Source: Alphaproteobacteria bacterium (GTDB taxonomy: Bacteria > Pseudomonadota > Alphaproteobacteria > UBA828). From it: 64,000 bases of DNA. Below are positions 62,580 through 64,000 of the stretch, piece by piece. The stretch lies in assembly GCA_965214705.1 (NCBI GenBank), contig OZ243972.1:160001-224000 (forward strand), given 5' to 3'. Under the pieces are notes generated by a model. It saw only the letters and a list, made by a program, of their open reading frames with translations, ran no database searches and was not told where the DNA came from. A program made the position numbers and the translations under genes. Position 1 is the stretch's first letter. Each line of letters starts with the position of its first letter.

Positions 62580-63071
62580 TCAGGGCCCTTTCCAGTGATC
62601 GTCGACCCAGCCCTTGGCGCTCTCGGCCCAGCCCTTGTCTTGGGGAGCGAAGTTCTTGACGTCGAGGACGATCTTCTTGATCAGCCAGCGCCCGTCGAGC
62701 TTCACGTACTCATCGTCATACGTGGCGAAGAGCCAGGTCGACTCGCCGTCCAGGACGCACGGCATAAACAGCCACCAGCGCCCGGTTGCGCTGTCGCCAT
62801 TGACCTCGATCAGCTCGTTCGTGATGTAGTGGGCGGAGAAGCGGATTCGCTCGCCCGCGTCGCGTACCATCTGCTCGATCTGCTCCAGCCCCTCCTGGCG
62901 CCCGAAGGCATCGCCGCCATCCCATATCGCGTCCGGCGCGAAGAGCGCGGCGAAGCGCTCGGCGTCGTAGAGGTTGCCGTATTCGCAGTAGAGATAACGC
63001 AGGCGCCTGATCTCTTCGGCGTCCTCGATCCGTTGAACCCGTTGCTCCAGCGTGAGCTCGGCCATGTCCAT
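62580..63071 (-). CDS. NTF2/SnoaL-like protein (LinA/BaiE-like), paralog
   Basis: Same MAELTLE start as the other copy; FAPDAIWDGG.AFG, H.ITNE.IEVNGDSA and YDDEYVKLDGRW. Confidence 0.85.
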   Translation of the reverse strand: MDMAELTLEQRVQRIEDAEEIRRLRYLYCEYGNLYDAERFAALFAPDAIWDGGDAFGRQEGLEQIEQMVRDAGERIRFSAHYITNELIEVNGDSATGRWWLFMPCVLDGESTWLFATYDDEYVKLDGRWLIKKIVLDVKNFAPQDKGWAESAKGWVDDHWKGP

Positions 63072-63148
63072 CTCCCCTTGCCCTGGCTATCGGTTGCGGC
63101 GCGCGGCCCGGGCGCCCGGTGCCACGACCGATCATAGCGGCTTTGCGC

Positions 63149-64000
63149 CTAGAACATGTTCGTGTCCATCTCGGCACAGGTGGTATCGACCCGCGCGAGC
63201 AACGCGATGGTGGGCCTCATCCCGGCCAGTTCGTAGCGGAAGAAGTAACGGCAGGCCGCGAGCTTGCCGCGATAGAACGCTGCGGCGTCCTCACCTGCGC
63301 CTTGCCGGAGGGCGTCGTCCGCGGCGCGCGCCTGGCGCAGCCAGAGCCACGCGACGACGATATGGCCCAAGGCGTTGAGATAGAGGCTCGCGTTCGCGAG
63401 CGAGTCGCCGATCCGGCCCCCCGCGCGAGCGGCGCCGATGGCGGTCGTGGCGTTCTCGATCTCGCTCGTGGCCGCCGCCAGCGCGTCGCAATGCTCGGCA
63501 AGGGCGGGCAGGTCTCGCGCCGCGTCGATATCGGCGTGAATCTCCTCCATCAACGCCGTGAGGGCGGCGCCGTCCTGCAAGCGCGCCTTGCGCCCGAGCA
63601 GGTCGATCGCCTGAATGCCGTTCGTCCCCTCGTGAATCGCGTTGAGGCGGTTGTCGCGGTAGAGCCGCTCGACCGGAAAGTCCCGCGTGTAGCCGTAGCC
63701 GCCATGCACCTGGATCGCGAGGCTGTTGGCCTCCTGGCAGAACTCCGCGGGCCAGGCCTTGGCGATGGGCGTGAGAATGTCGAGCAGCAGGGCGGCCCGC
63801 CGCCGTTCGTCCTCGTCCGCCGCCGTCGTCATGTCGTCCAGATAGCGTGCGCAGGTCAGGCAGAGCGCGAGCGCGCCCTCGACGATGGCCTTCTGCTTGA
63901 GCAGCATGCGCTTCACGTCGGCGTGGCGCACGATGGGAACGGGCGGCTGCGTCGGATCCCGGTTATCGACCGGCCGGCCCTGGCGCCGCTCCCTGGCGTA
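63149..64000 (-). CDS. acyl-CoA dehydrogenase (5' end beyond the window)
   Basis: YARERRQGR, HADV.RML, LTPIAKAW, AIQVHGGYGY and RLNAIHEGTNGIQAIDL. Confidence 0.92.
   Translation of the reverse strand, partial: YARERRQGRPVDNRDPTQPPVPIVRHADVKRMLLKQKAIVEGALALCLTCARYLDDMTTAADEDERRRAALLLDILTPIAKAWPAEFCQEANSLAIQVHGGYGYTRDFPVERLYRDNRLNAIHEGTNGIQAIDLLGRKARLQDGAALTALMEEIHADIDAARDLPALAEHCDALAAATSEIENATTAIGAARAGGRIGDSLANASLYLNALGHIVVAWLWLRQARAADDALRQGAGEDAAAFYRGKLAACRYFFRYELAGMRPTIALLARVDTTCAEMDTNMF

Noticed and set aside
60413-62659. Long antisense or alternative-frame ORFs (for example 748 aa here; also 1926-3791, 22542-24026, 33874-35595)
   Set aside because: Arg/Gly/Pro-rich shadows of well-supported genes, expected at this GC content.

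Overview
High-GC alphaproteobacterial (Rhodospirillales-like, inferred from gene content) chromosomal segment. Most of it is core housekeeping: mutM-ubiE-ubiB, PHA genes (phaC-like plus two phaB), metX-metW, chorismate mutase-hisC-tyrC, hrcA-grpE-dnaK-dnaJ-dapB, rne, a DEAD-box helicase, tRNA-Gly(GCC), gshB, yraN-rsmI/lpoA-like, aapJQMP, trxB-lsrB/vtlR, msrP and aspartate aminotransferase. Accessory or unexplained items: (1) a glutamine-synthetase-like ligase translationally coupled to an uncharacterised Cys-rich protein; (2) a SmaI-like type II R-M cassette between tandem phaB paralogs; (3) a 264-bp MITE-like element with TTAA-CCC...GGG-TTAA ends upstream of an orphan Tat-exported sugar-binding protein; (4) an orphan higA; (5) a multi-hairpin MmgR/suhB-like sRNA downstream of the LysR gene; (6) an intact IS1634-family element splitting an aminotransferase (TCGA duplication); (7) an adjacent decayed, transposase-less IS1595-like element with two frameshifted passenger genes; (8) two hydantoinase-B/oxoprolinase genes with NTF2/SnoaL partners and no hydantoinase-A subunit in the window. 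All product calls come from motif recognition by eye; no database searches were run.
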